Shown piece by piece: positions 63,432 through 64,000 of a stretch of DNA of 64,000 bases. This stretch comes from Eremomyces bilateralis CBS 781.70 (taxonomy: Eukaryota). The notes under the pieces were generated by a model that was not told where the DNA came from, did not search any database, and saw only the letters and a list, made by a program, of their open reading frames with translations. The position numbers were made by a program, and so were the translations under genes. Location of the stretch: the NCBI GenBank assembly GCA_010015585.1, contig ML975149.1; one strand, written 5' to 3'. The number at the start of each line of letters is the position of its first letter. Within the stretch, counting starts at the first letter, position 1.

Positions 63432-64000
63432 GATGAATGATGGACGTCGAGAACAATAGCTAAGCGAGTGACAGATAGAAGCGTGAAGATTAGTTGAAGA
63501 TGGAATGGATAATGCAAAGAAACTCGCTTGCTCGTGACCGCTTGAGACTCAGCTGCTGACAGAAAAGAAGTGGGAAAGGGAGGGAAAGCCTATATAGCGA
63601 GGGCAGCAAGAATAATATTAATGTCATACGGGAGTCATTGCAATCTACAACGTAAAATCAAATTGGAGGCGAAGTAGCACACTCTCGCCGGAAATTACAC
63701 CCATCAGCATAGATGAGTTGTCTCCTTTGGCGTCCAAATAAACGGGCAGGACGATCAACCGCGACAGGGTACGCTGGACAATGATGGGGAGAAGATATTG
63801 ATTGTTCAAGGGGCGCGAGGCCAGCTCACGGCACAGGTCATGGTCATCGATGTCAGCCAAGCGGTCTCCTGGGATTTTCCGCTGCCATTGGGAGGATGGA
63901 GCCTTCCACACTTCCCGCTACGGTTCAGAAGCGACAACATTGTTGGAACGAAGGGCTCGATCGCTCCCACGGACTAGGAGACACGGGTTCAGAGATTGGA

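Noticed and set aside
63645..63911. 88-aa minus-strand ORF at the right edge
   Set aside because: Could be a terminal exon, but there is an in-frame stop just upstream and no recognisable family.

Overview
Gene-dense, intron-containing DNA from a filamentous ascomycete (Pezizomycotina-type gene content; GT-AG introns with CTAAC/CTGAC branch sites). About 23 protein-coding genes and one intron-containing tRNA-Thr(CGT) can be supported. Housekeeping genes: probable mitoribosomal protein, Dicer-like 1, TAP42, KRE2/MNT1, PAT1, TYW2, a DENN protein, BCD1 and SFH1. These are interleaved with many cell-surface or accessory genes: But2-type wall protein, small secreted protein, CE4 deacetylase, methionine-type permease, cutinase, CFEM/PTH11 receptor, alpha/beta hydrolase, GPI aspartic protease, cyanamide hydratase, half-size ABCG, amidohydrolase, APH-like kinase and a GPI-CFEM protein. 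I see no transposon, CRISPR array or biosynthetic backbone gene, and no clear new multi-gene system. Best leads: (1) a GPI-CFEM protein with the heme-ligand Asp plus a His-rich repeat stalk; (2) an apparently secreted amidohydrolase/decarboxylase next to an ABCG transporter whose promoter carries a CGG-motif array; (3) an AIG2/GGCT pseudogene not visible in the ORF track; (4) a FarA/CTF1-site-rich cutinase promoter; (5) a CE4 enzyme with an altered metal triad. All family calls come from motif recognition by eye; no database searches were run.
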